A stretch of DNA of 64,000 bases from Hamiltosporidium tvaerminnensis FI-OER-3-3 (Eukaryota; Fungi; Microsporidia), in the NCBI GenBank assembly GCA_022605425.2, contig CM061253.1:744001-808000 (forward strand), in the 5' to 3' direction. Numbering within the stretch: position 1 is the stretch's first letter; every line of letters begins with the position of its first letter. Below the pieces are notes generated by a model. The model had not been told where the DNA came from, ran no database searches, and saw only the letters and a program-made list of their open reading frames with translations. Both the position numbers and the translations under genes were made by a program. Positions 24,890-37,614 of the stretch are shown piece by piece.

Positions 24890-26880
24890 CTACTAATTGT
24901 TAATTAACACCCTATTATTTTACTATACACTACTAATTCTTAATTAACACCTTATTATTACTATACACTACTAATTCTTAATTAACACCCTCTTATTTAC
25001 TAGTTCTACTACTTCTTAATTAACACCCTTTTATTTTACTAGTTATACTAATTGTTAATTAACACCCTCTTATTTACTAGTTATACTAATTGTTAATTAA
25101 CACCCTATTATTTTACTAGTTATACTAATTGTTAATTAACACCCTCTTATTTACTAGTTATACTAATTGTTAATTAACACCCTATTATTTTACTAGTTAT
25201 ACTAATTGTTAATTAACACCCTCTTATTTTACTAGTTATACTAATTGTTAATTAATACCCTATTATTACTATACACTACTACTTCTTAATTAACACCCTT
25301 TTATTTTACTAGTTATACTAATTGTTAATTAATACCCTATTATTACTATATACTACTAATTGTTAATTAATACCCTATTATTTTACTATACACTACTACT
25401 TCTTAATTAACACCCTCTTATTTTACTACCCCAGTATAAATATTTAATTAACACCCTTTATTTATTATACCCCAGTATAAATATTTAATTGATACCCCTA
25501 TTATTTTACTATACTTACTAAACAATAAATTAACACCCTCTTATTTTACTATACACTACTAATTCTTAATTAACACCCTCTTATTTTACTATACACTACT
25601 AATTCTTAATTAACACCCTCTTATTTACTAGTTCTACTAATTGTTAATTAACACCCTATTATTACTATACACTACTAATTGTTAATTAACACCCTATTAT
25701 TTTAGTGGTTCTACTAATTGTTAATTAACACCCTATTATTACTATACACTACTAATTGTTAATTAACACCCTATTATTTTACTACCCCTGTATAAATATT
25801 TAATTAACACCCTTTATTTATTATACCCCAGTATAAATATTTAATTGATACCCCTATTATTTTACTATACTTACTAAACAATAAATTAACACCCTATTAT
25901 TTTACTATACACTACTACTTCTTAATTAACACCCTCTTATTTTACTATACACTACTAATTCTTAATTAACACCCTCTTATTTACTAGTTCTACTAATTCT
26001 TAATTAACACCCTCTTATTTTACTATACACTACTAATTGTTAATTAACACCCTCTTATTTTACTATACACTACTAATTCTTAATTAACACCCCTTATTAT
26101 TACTATACACTACTAATTCTTAATTAACACCCTTTAATTACTATACACTACTAATTATTAATTAACACCCTCTTATTTACTAGTTCTACTACTTCTTAAT
26201 TAACACCCTTTTATTTTACTAGTTATACTAATTGTTAATTAATACCCTATTATTACTATACACTACTACTTCTTAATTAACACCCTTTTATTTTACTAGT
26301 TATACTAATTGTTAATTAATACCCTATTATTACTATACACTACTAATTGTTAATTAACACCCTATTATTTTACTATACACTACTAATTGTTAATTAACAC
26401 CCTATTATTTTACTAGTTATACTAATTGTTAATTAACACCCTATTATTACTATACACTACTAATTGTTAATTAACACCCCTGTTATTTACTATACTTACT
26501 AAACAATAAATTAACACATTTTAATTTACTATATTTACTAAACAATAAATTAACACCCTGTTATTTACTACCATATTTAAACAATAAATTATCACCCCTT
26601 TATCTACTATACCCCTGTATAAATATTTAATTAACACCCTGTTATTTACTACCATATTTAAACTATTAATTAACACCCCTTTATCTACTATACCCCAGTA
26701 TAAATATTTAATTAACACCCTTTATTTTACTACAATATTTAAACTATAAATTAACACCCCTTTATTTACTATACTTACTAAACAATAAATTAACACCCTT
26801 TTATTTTACTATCATACTAAACAATAAATTAACACCCTATTATTTTACTACCCCATATAAACTATAAATTAACACCCCCC
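24890..26880. repeat. ~2-kb minisatellite of ~40-bp variant units with core TTAATTAACACCC
   Basis: Dozens of units like TACTATACACTACTAATTCTTAATTAACACCCTCTTATTT, with higher-order duplicated blocks. Confidence 0.95.
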
Positions 26881-26927
26881 TCTTTATACTACCACCCTAC
26901 ATTCTTTACCCCTTAAATACAATATTT

Positions 26928-27140
26928 ATGAACATCAAAAGTAAATATGAACAAGAAATATCCAAAATATTAGGTAAAGCCATGCAAAGCAGTTACCAAA
27001 AAAATAAAATACAACAACTTATTACCACTGCAATAGAAAAAACCAATATTTTAATAGAAAATAAAGAAATTGATATTTATGAAATTAAAAATGAATTTAA
27101 AAAGATAAAAGAAGAAATTGAAAGAGAAATTATAATGTAA
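26928..27140 (+). CDS. Small hypothetical coiled-coil protein (70 aa)
   Basis: Non-repetitive ORF between two repeat arrays, CCCC upstream, E/K-rich helical composition. Confidence 0.55.
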   Translation: MNIKSKYEQEISKILGKAMQSSYQKNKIQQLITTAIEKTNILIENKEIDIYEIKNEFKKIKEEIEREIIM

Positions 27141-27590
27141 GAGTAAGGGTTAGTGATAGTGATAGTGATAGTTGTAGTGATAGTGATAGTTGTAAGATAA
27201 AAAGAGAAATTATAATGTAAGAGTAAGGGTTAGTTGTAGTTGTAAGATATTAAGGGGTGTTAAGGATAATAATTATATTAAAAGGTTATAATAACAACTA
27301 CTAGTAAATAAGATGTGTTAAATATCCTAATGATATTAAAAGGGTTATAATAACAACTACTATTAAATAAAAGGGTTAACAACAAAGATAGTAAATAAGA
27401 TGTGTTAATAACTACTAGTAAATAAGATGTGTTAAATATCCTAATGATATTAAAAGGGTTATAATAAAAGTACTGGTAAATAAGATGTGTTAACAACAAA
27501 GATAGTAAATAAGATGTGTTAATAACTACTAGTAAATAAGAAGGGTTAAATATCCTAATGATATTAAAAGGGTTATAACAATAATACTTA
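27141..27590. repeat. G-rich degenerate repeats (GATGTGTTAA / AAAGGGTTA)
   Basis: Repeated TAGTAAATAAGATGTGTTAA and ATATTAAAAGGGTTATAA blocks. Confidence 0.8.
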
Positions 27591-27699
27591 TAAACAATAA
27601 CTTAACAACAACACTTATAATTAAAACAAATAGAAAATATTAAATATTCCTTCTTTAATAATATTTATTATAAATTAAGACCAACAAGGTATAATATAT

Positions 27700-27965
27700 G
27701 TCTATATTCTTATATTCTTATATTCTTATATTCTTATATTCTTATATTCTTATATTCTTATATTCTTATATTCTTATATTCTTATATTCTTATATTCTTA
27801 TATTCTTATATTCTTATATTCTTATATTCTTATATTCATATGTCTTATATGTCTTATATTCTTATATGTCTTATATTCTTATATGTCTTATATTCTTATA
27901 TGTCTTATATTCTTATATTCTTATATGTCTTATATGTCTTATATTCTTATATAATATAATCTTAT
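27700..27965. repeat. 8-bp microsatellite (TATTCTTA)n with TATGTCTTA variants
   Basis: Directly visible tandem array. Confidence 0.95.
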
Positions 27966-28065
27966 ATCCCTATTAATCATACTATCTATCCCTAATCCCT
28001 ATCTAAAACTATATCCCTCTTTATCCACTACCACACTCCATCCCCACACTCCACTACCCCCCCCT

Positions 28066-31000
28066 TTACAAATACAATGAACTTGCAAATACTATATCCC
28101 TCTTTATCTTACTAACACCTAAACTAAATATACCTTCTAACTCACTATTACCAATACCTCTAGCAGCACAACTAAGCTGTCTCATTAACTCTTCTAACCT
28201 TCTAAAACACCTAATAATACTTCCTTCAAATACATTAGTCTTACAACATATCTCACTAAAAGTAAACCCTAACACCCACATCCTAACAACATCCATTAAT
28301 TCATAAGAAAACCTTTTATAATAACACTGTATATCAACATATAACCCACATTCACTCATAACCTTAGATATCTTATCAACTGTACCTTTTAAAAGTCTAT
28401 ACGTTTTATTATTTTGTTCACTAAGTTCTAAATCATTATTTTCTTCCCATTCACTAAATACCATACAAGATAATAAAGGTACTATCTCATCAACACCTAA
28501 ACTTATAAAATCTCCATTAAATATCATTTCTGTTAATATTAATTCATCACTACTACTTATTTCACATGCTACTCTTCCTTTTACTAATACTTTATTGTTT
28601 ATATCACAATATTCTAATCTTCTTAAAACACTTATCATTTTCTTACAATCCTCCATATGATATATCTCATTTAAAGAATTTAAAGTATTATATTTCCTTA
28701 TAATAAGGTTTTTAGAATAAAGGAGTCTAAAGTGTTTAAGGGGTGTGGGTGTGGTATTAGTGGGGGTGTTATTGGTGTTGGGGGATGTGGGTGTGTATAT
28801 GTTGTTGTTATTGGTATTACTTCTTTTATTAGTGTTAGTGGTATTACTAGTTTTATTAGTGTTAGTGTTATCATATCTATTACTATCCCTAACCCTCTAC
28901 TACTATCCAACACACTATCCATACTGTCATACTCTGCTATTGGGTCGTAACATATACCCTCTATACACTTACTTACTATATATTCTCTACCACATAAATA
29001 ACACCCTTTACTAATACTATCATATCCTTTACTCTCATATCTATTAATACCTTTACTAATACTATCATATCCTTTACTCTCATATCCTTTACTCTCATAT
29101 CCTTTACTCTCATATCCTTTACTCTCATATCCTTTACTCTCATATCCTTTACTATCATACCCTTTACTTATACTCTCATATCTTTTACTCTCATATCCTT
29201 TACTCTCATATCCTTTACTTATACTCTCAATCTCACTTTCACTCTCATACCCTTTACTCTCAATCCCACTCTCAATCTCACTTTCTATTTCATATATTTT
29301 ATAATCATATTCACTTTTAATATTAATAAAAGGTATTTTATTATTTTCTTTAAAAATAAAATCTTCTTTTACTCTTATATCATAAATATTGTTTATGCAT
29401 GTTTTATTTATTTGCATTCTTTTTATACCCCCACGCATAAAAGCATGAACAGATAAGGTGTTAGTATTAGTATTAGTATTATGGTTAGGGTTGTTGTTAC
29501 TTATAGGGTTAGAGTTACTTATAGGGTTAGTGTTATTACTTATAGGGTTAGTAATAAGGTTATTATTAACCTACCCTTACCACTATCCCTACCCTTACCC
29601 CTACTACTATCACCCCCTGTTATTATTATTGCATTGATAAATAGGGTTGCTCCTTCTCTTGGTATAAATATATTTAATAATCTACCTACTTTTAAATAAG
29701 GTTTAAATACTTCTTGTAAACTAACACTTCTCTCTATTAACAGTCTCTCTCTCTCAAGACAAAGAAGAGGGAGTTGGTTAATAATAGTAGTATTTGGTTG
29801 GTTGTTACTGTTATTAGTATTGTTATTTAGTTGGTTGTTAGTATTGTTGTTAGTAGTATTGTTATTATGTATGTTACTATCCCTACTACTAACACTACCA
29901 CTATCCCCACTACCACTATCCCCACTACCACTATCCCCACTACCACACTCCCCACTACCACACCCCCCACTACCACTACCACTACCCCCACCACACTCAT
30001 ACTCATACTTATCTATAATGTGTCTTATCTTCTTTATCTCTTTAAATACCTCTTCTCTCTTATATATATTTTGAAAATGATAAAAACTTCTTCCTAAAAG
30101 AAATAAAGGATCTAATCCTTCTACTCTCATAAGATTTAACACCATATTATAACTAAGATAAAAAGCACTATCTAACCTATCACATACACCACTAAATAAT
30201 TTAACACCTTCTTCTTCTTCTATAGTATCACCTAACATAACAATAACAATTCCTTTATCATCTAAACCTCTTCTACCTGCTCTACCACTCATTTGTATAT
30301 ATTCACCACTACTAAGTATTCTTTTTAAAATACCATCAAATTTATATAAAGAAGTAAAAATAACAGTCTTTGCTGGCATATTTAAACCAATAGAAAAGGT
30401 TTCAGTTGCAAATAAAATTTTTAAAAGATTTTCTTGAAATAATATTTCTATAACTTCTTTAAGTATAGGAAGTAAACCACTATGATGTATACCTATACCT
30501 TTCATAAGTAATGGTAATATGTTTGTTATTAATGGTAGGTTTCTATCTTCTGTTCTTAAAGTACTTAAAGCATTTGAGAAAATTATTTTTATCATTTTTT
30601 TTTCTTCTGAATTTAAAAAGTCTTGTTCTATGCTTAAAGCGTGTTTTTCACAGTCTTTTCTACTGAAACTGAAGAAAATTGCGGGTAAATTGTTATTTTG
30701 TATAAGGGTTTCTGTAATTTGAAATATATTTTTACTTTCAATTCTTTTACTTCTTTTAATAGATTTAACAACAGAGGTAAATGCTTTACGGTCAAAGAAG
30801 GTGTTATTATTTGTAGGGGTAGTGGTGGTAGTGGTGGTAGGGTGGGTGTTTTGGTTGTTGGAGGGGTGTTGTTTATTAGATAGGTTGTTAACACCCTGTT
30901 GTTTATTAGATAGGTTGTTAACACCTTGTTGTTTATTAGATAGGTTGTTAACACCCTGTTGTTTATTGGTACTGGTGTTAACACCCTGTTGTTTATTAGA

Positions 31001-32164
31001 TAGGTTGTTAACACCCTGTTGTTTATTGGTACTGGTGTTAACACCCTGTTGTTTACTATCTGTATCAATAACACCCTTATAACTACTATCTCTGTCAATA
31101 TCACCCTTATAATTACTATCCTTATAATTAACACCCTGTTGTTTACTACCTGTATCAATATCACCCTTATAATCACACACCTTACTATCAATATCACCCT
31201 TATAATCACACACCTTACTATCAATAACACCCTTACTGTCAATATCACCCTCATACCCCACACCCTTACTATCACTATCACAATCTACGTTATAACATAC
31301 CTTTGTCATTCCTTTCTCTCCTAATGGTGCTATATAATGAATTAAAGGTGTTGGTCTCTTATCTGTATAAATAACATGTGTTGTCTGTTGATGTATATAC
31401 GTTATCCACTCAGCAAACTGTAAAGCATTAGGAACAGTAGCACTAAGAAATACCATTCTAACACTACAAGGTAATAAAACAATACTCTCTTCCCATACAA
31501 CACCTCTCTCTTTATCTTTCATATAATGTATCTCATCAAATATAATATACTTTACTTCTCTTAATATCTCACTACCTTTATATAACATATTACGTAATAT
31601 CTCTGTTGTCATTACTATACATGAAGATGAAGGGTTAAGTGTTACATCTCCTGTCATTAATCCTACATCATTAAATTTTTCAAGTAATTCTCTGTATTTT
31701 TGATTTGATAATGCTTTTATAGGTGATGTGTATATAACACGTTGGTTGTTACTTATACATGTGTGTATAGCATGTTCTGCTACTAAAGTCTTACCAGAAG
31801 AAGTATGTGCACTAACAAGGACACTTTCGTTTCTTTCAATAGCGTTAATTGCTAGTAATTGGAATGTGTCTAATTTAAAGGGGTATATCTTAGAAGGGGG
31901 TGTTAGTGTAAGAGGTATGTATGTAGTAGAGAGGGGTGTTACAGCTAAGTGTCTAGTATGTTGATAAGTAGTAACACATGATATCTTAGTATTTGTGATT
32001 GGTGTATTTGTAATATTTGTGTTTGTATTTGATATAGTGTTTGGTATAGTGTTTGTATTTGGTATAAGTGTCATATTATAAGTGTTATAAGCGTCATTTG
32101 TGTTACTAGTGTTAGTTATGGTGTTGAAGACTGAGAATGGATCATCGGGGTTTTCAAATGACAT
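28066..32164 (-). CDS. MTR4: Ski2-like exosome RNA helicase Mtr4/Dob1, with several low-complexity inserts and two apparent frameshifts (~29570, ~28895)
   Basis: SAHTSSGKT, YTSPIKALSNQK, DEIH, SAT, QMSGRAGRRG in 29540-32164; DSHCT domain (KGRVACEI...EGSIIR...IKRDIVFASSLYL) in 28066-28656; three ORFs join via two -1 shifts. Confidence 0.9.
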
Positions 32165-32169
32165 GGGTG

Positions 32170-33010
32170 TTAAGGGTAAGGAGGTGTTTTATAATAAAGA
32201 GGGGAGAGAGGTAAGAGGGTGATAAGTAAAAGGAGTAGAAGTAAGAGGGTGTTAAGGATAAGGAGTAGTATGTAAGAGGGTGTTAAGTATAAGGAGTAGT
32301 ATGTAAGAGGGTGTTAAGTATAAGGAGTAGTATGTAAGAGGGTGATAAGTATAGTACTTTAAATAACCCGTTAGTAACAGTATTTTTAAATAACCCGTTA
32401 GTAATAGTATTTTTAAATAACCCGTTAGTAATAGTATTTTTAAATAACCAGTTAGTAATAGTACTTGTAAATAACAATAGGGTGTTAACACCTTGTTAAA
32501 AATAACACTAACAATAACAGTCTCTTATTAATTATCTTGTTAGTAACATAACTTATAAATAACCTTGTTGAAATATCACTAACAATAACAGTCTCTTATA
32601 AATTATCTTGTTAGTAACATAACTTATAAATAACACTAATAATAACCCTAATAATAACCTTTAATTAACTCATTACTAACCTATTAAAGTATTACTAAGC
32701 TAGTAGCAATCCTTACTTATCAATAATCTTAACCTAACCCTAACTCTTTACTAACTTTTACAAACAATACTCCTACCACATATACTTAATACAAATTCTA
32801 CTTAATAATCCATCTAATCCTACATATTCCTAACCTATTCCTATACCTATTCCTATACCTATACTGACTTATTATTATTCCTAATTCTAGTTTCTCTGAT
32901 ATTTTCCCTACAACCTATTCATAACCCTACCCTACCACCTATCCTTAACCTTTCCCTACCATCAGTTCTTAATCCAACCCTACATTCACCTACCCAATAA
33001 CCTTAATCCT
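32170..33010. repeat. G-rich (GAGGGTGTTAAG) then C-rich (TAACCC / CCTA) repeats between MTR4 and the next gene
   Basis: Tandem ~30-bp AGTATGTAAGAGGGTGTTAAG and ~27-bp TTTAAATAACCCGTTAGTAATAG units. Confidence 0.8.
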
Positions 33011-33014
33011 AATC

Positions 33015-33860
33015 CTACTTGTAATCTGCCCACAGTTCCTCTTCATTAGAGTAATCCTCTGTAGGAAACACTCTAAATCCATCTCCATGTGCTTTTAAGA
33101 AATAAGTGTCATCATTCGGATCATGTATCTTAAGTTTAGCACCTGGTTTAAGTATATATTCTTCTGTACCAAGGTGTCTTACAGACTTTAAGTCTCTAAT
33201 ATATTCTCCATATACAGTTTCACTGTTACTAATACAATTATCTGTGTATCTACACAGTTCACTATTAAAAGAGGTATTAACAGTACCCATGTCTTTATAT
33301 TTGACACGAGAAATCATTCTGAATATAGAATCGTAAATTGAAGTCTTAAGTTGATGTATTTCTCCAAAAGTAAATCCTATGATGTTATCGCATGTACCAA
33401 ATGGTAATATGGATGTCTGTGGAGGTGTCATAAGTAAATTGGGACAGAAAAATACTAAAAGTCTATTTCCAAGCTGTCCTTTTTCTTTGGCTTGTATAAA
33501 TGTACGGGACATGGCTGATCGGGCTTGTGAAGGAGATCCTTCCATACACTTGGTTTTGTCGTAGGGTACTTTGTAATCGTCTAAAGATAAATTGTCGAAG
33601 TATCCTCGTACTTGTACACCGTACGGTTGAAGGTCGCGGTTTACCATGTCAAAAATACCGCCGTAAAATTTCATGTTGGCGGTTATTACGTTATAGTCCA
33701 TGCTAAATTCTGGGTTGAGCATAGATTTTAGGGCTATCATGGCTCCTCCGTCGATATGGACGTGTATCTTTATTACGTTGGTGCCTCTTTTGTTTGCACA
33801 ATTTCTTATCATTCCCATTTCTTTTTGTAGAAAAATTGGAAAAAATAGAAAGAAAAGCAT
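33015..33860 (-). CDS. Secreted microsporidian protein, possibly spore wall protein 7-like
   Basis: Signal peptide MLFFLFFPIFL; IRNCA..G.NVIKIHV motif and Cys spacing resemble the SWP7 family as I recall it (unverified). Confidence 0.6.
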   Translation of the reverse strand: MLFFLFFPIFLQKEMGMIRNCANKRGTNVIKIHVHIDGGAMIALKSMLNPEFSMDYNVITANMKFYGGIFDMVNRDLQPYGVQVRGYFDNLSLDDYKVPYDKTKCMEGSPSQARSAMSRTFIQAKEKGQLGNRLLVFFCPNLLMTPPQTSILPFGTCDNIIGFTFGEIHQLKTSIYDSIFRMISRVKYKDMGTVNTSFNSELCRYTDNCISNSETVYGEYIRDLKSVRHLGTEEYILKPGAKLKIHDPNDDTYFLKAHGDGFRVFPTEDYSNEEELWADYK

Positions 33861-33899
33861 TTGTGTATATTTTTTTGTTTGGAATAAAAGAGATTTGTT

Positions 33900-34200
33900 T
33901 ATTTAAAACGTATTGTTTTAAGAAATCGCGAAGAAAAAATATATTGTGGTTTATTATATTAGACTTATTAATATTTAAAACATAATGTTTTAAGAAATAG
34001 GGGAATACATTGACGTAACGGCTATTATATTAGACTTTTTAATTTATCAAACGTATTGTTTTAAAGAATTTGAAGAAATACGGTTAGTTTTTACAATAAT
34101 AGACTTTTTAATTTATCAAACGTATTGTTTTAAAGAATTTGAAGAAAATCCGCGATCATATTTAAGTATATTTAATATGAAACAGATTGTTTTGAATAAA
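33900..34200. repeat. Degenerate ~70-bp tandem repeat upstream of the SWP7-like gene
   Basis: AAACGTATTGTTTTAA(A)GAA and TAGACTTTTTAATTT recur about every 70 bp. Confidence 0.75.
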
Positions 34201-34329
34201 TTAGTTTTTAAGATATGTCCATGGGTTATGTAGGGTTGGTTAGAAGGGCTTGATGTGTATGCCTGGTATTATATATTAGGAAATATCAAAGAATGGAAAT
34301 AATATTTGAAGTATAAAATTCATGTTTGA

Positions 34330-35050
34330 AATTTTATACTATCAATATATTATTTTTTATGAAAAGGAAGCATTTTTTATTTGTTTTCATGACATTAACG
34401 TTGTTTTAAATTTTACATAGATAAATATTCCCAGTAAACTCCTGAAATCTATTAGATGGCTAAATTGCGAATCAATCATCTAAGCGGGTCTAGAATATGA
34501 TTAATACATAAGACAGTTATCTAAAGCATTATTTTGCATTACCTGCAGTATGAATACAAATTGAATCCCTCTTTTTGATTCAAGAGACCTCGGAATTTCA
34601 ATTGCTATAAACTTCTGAACAAATAGATTTACAGCTAAGATATATTCCTGCGCTTATATTAGTCTATTTAGACGTTTACATGTCATACAAACAGATATAA
34701 CCTGCTTATCAGGGTTCCCCAGTATTTTACAGAGTATATTTATTTTTAGTATTTCATAACCGCTAAGTCTTCCATTCTTAATGAAAACCTAGATTTCCAA
34801 GCGATTAAGGCCGAATATATTACTTTTTAATCCTGGTATACAATTCTAGGAGCATAAAAAACTACGAGTAAATTTATAGATAATTTTTTTCATATTTTTG
34901 TTTATTCTATCATTCTTATACGAATTTCAATGTAACAGCCAAAAATCTAACTTAATTTTCATTTCACCTAAAATTCAATCACCCGTAAAACAAATTAAAG
35001 GAATCATTTATAAAAAGATATATTTTAATCAGGCGATTATCTCTTCACTT
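34330..35050 (-). mobile_element. Diverged inverted copy of the SINE-like element
   Basis: + strand shows ATTTGTTTTCATGACATTAACG, AGCTAAGATATATT, ATGTCATACAAACAGATATAACCTGC, CGCTAAGTCTTC, CATAAAAAACTAC (reverse complement of the element). Confidence 0.8.
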
Positions 35051-37614
35051 AAGATTCAATAAGAATCATATGTAATATTATTTTTGTTATCACGAATTCT
35101 TATTTTTAGAAAGTCAGAGAGTTAAAATGGCAAGACAAGCAATAAATTATATTAAATACAGGAACCAATAAAATACACTGCTAGATTACACTCTTTCTAT
35201 ATATTTTATTGGCTTTTCACTTATATCTTTTAAATTATAAATTCTTTTTTGATTTCAAAAGAAAGCTTTCAATTGAAAAAGTTTATTTATTAAAAGATTG
35301 ATATTTTAACAGTGGCTGATCAATACTTCTTTAGTTGTTTGTGTTGTTTTTTTAGGAATTTTGTGTTTTATTGTTATACCTTGTATATTCTTATAATTTT
35401 TTTTGCCTTTGGCTATGAATCAGCACATCTGAAAATTTGAATAACCCATAAATTTGGCAGTTTTTATATAATTAGTGTTTTTATTTTCATTATGGCTTAA
35501 TGATACTGTTCAGCTAAATCAAAAATTGTTATTGCAAATTTTTTTTTTTAATATAAGTTTAAACAATTTCTGGCAAAATCAATAGAAAAAAGTTATCTTT
35601 TTTTCTTAACTGATTCCTATATTGAATATTAGAGTTTTAATACTAGAAACAAATCATATATCAAAGTTTCATTTCAATTGCTTCAGATTTTTATTTGAAA
35701 TTATAGTAAGTTTTAAAATTTGTAATTGTAAAATATGATTTTTCTATTTTTTAGTTCTATAACTACTTTTTATAAGCTTTAAAAAGTACACATGTGTTAG
35801 AAATCACAAATATTCAAATAATACAAATAAAAAATCTTTTACTACTGTATTTTAGACTTCTATTATAGAAATATCAACTATTGTTTTACATTGAATTACA
35901 AAATACTAAGAGTGTTTCAAAATGTTTTATATGCCTATATATAGTTTATTATCTTTATCATATATACATTTACTTCAAATAAATAATCGGGTTTTCTGGG
36001 TTCTATATCAATATACATGCTATTTAAAGAAATTGGTTATTTATATGAGTGTTTTTTTTAAAGCCACTAGTTTTTTTTCGGTTTTTTAGCTTCTAATTAT
36101 AGATATTTGAGAATTCTATTTTAATTTAACAATGCAAGAAGAAATCTAATAACTTAAACAAAAAAAATTATCTTTGAGCTCAATTTACATTTGGTTCCAA
36201 TTTATAACGCATTTATATTTGATATCGTATATTATTTATCAAATATGGATTTATGTAAATAATAACTTTATATGTTTACACATGATATAATATTATATAG
36301 TTTCTCTTCTAGATATTTACATGTATATAAATAACTATGTGTCTTAGATCGAATCATATTTCCAAAAGACTAATTAACATGTATAGTATTTCTAAATTAC
36401 ATCGGATTTTCTCACGAAGTGCTTTTTTAAAATCTGTTCATATGAATATTTATTTCATGAATTATATAAAATACTCTTCTTGGTAAATTTAAAATTTCTT
36501 AAATATTGATTGCAATAAAAAAAAATCAACTTCTTAGTCTGGAGTTTGAATATAATTTTACTTTAGTTTAAGAAATTTAATAAAATTTTTAAATAGAAAA
36601 TATTCTTGGATTTATAAAAAAATCGTTATAAAACATAAATAGACTTTTATAATATTAGTTGAAATGAAAGTTTTTAAAATAATTATTTTTTTTAAAATTC
36701 TAAAGATTATCGATATTAAAAAAAATTGATAGAACTATAATAACCTTATTATTTTGTAATTAATTTACTTTTCATTTTTAAAAATATTTTTTTTATAATA
36801 TTTTGGTATATTTGTGCTTCAAAGTTAAATTCAAATTATAAAAAGTTAAAAATTTGACTTTTTGCTTATCAGTCGCTATATATTAGCTTTATAAAAAGAA
36901 CTTTTAAGATATTTTAGATTTAAAATGGTTGAAAATAAACTTAGAAAAGTAGAATTAAAGATTTTCATGGTATATTGATAAAAAAAAATAACAACTTATT
37001 AAATTTTTATCAATATTGAGAGCTATAAAGTTTCTAAGACTTATAATTTTACACACGGTTGATATTTGCAACTTTTATCAGAAAAAATCTTATTTATCAG
37101 CTTTTGGTTATAACAATATTTCTTTTTGAATAAAATAATAATTCACTTGTGGTTTTCTAAAAGATATATTTGATGATTTTTCATTGTGTTATAATTAAAC
37201 CTGATTGTAATATAATTTGAAGTATAGCTTGCTAGATTATATATTTACAATTCAAATAATTTTTTTTAGGATTTTGTAAGAATATTCATACAGATTACAA
37301 AATCCTCTTTAGGAAAATAATTAAAATTTTGGCTTGAATCGAGTATCAGGTAAATAAAAATATGATATACATTTCGGTTGAAATTTATATTTGTATTTAA
37401 AATATCAATGTATTATAAATAATTTCTTTAGCAAATTAGCAGCAAACATATTGATAAAATATGTATTGTTCTTGTTCCTTGGTAGCTTTAAATGTAATAG
37501 AATAAATTAAAGAATATAAAAAAATTCCAAATAACGTCAAATTATATATAGAATAGTCAATGCCTAAGAAAATCGATATTTTACAATATAAAAATCAAAT
37601 TCCATTCCCATAAA

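Noticed and set aside
24890-26880. CRISPR-like array
   Set aside because: Sequences between the repeat cores are themselves repetitive variants rather than unique spacers; no cas genes; eukaryotic context.
27698-27976. 92-aa ORF (IFLYSYIL)n
   Set aside because: Translation of an 8-bp microsatellite.
29545-29615. Short spliceosomal intron explaining the MTR4 frameshift
   Set aside because: The GT...AG candidates tested (28 and 43 nt) give the wrong phase and an immediate stop; no GTAAGT donor.
28732-31964. Many short antisense or alternate-frame ORFs over MTR4
   Set aside because: Shadows of stop-poor low-complexity inserts.
32720-33015. Interstitial telomere (CCCTAA-like)
   Set aside because: Only scattered TAACCC/CCTAA words with no tandem hexamer array; treated as part of the polarised repeat island.
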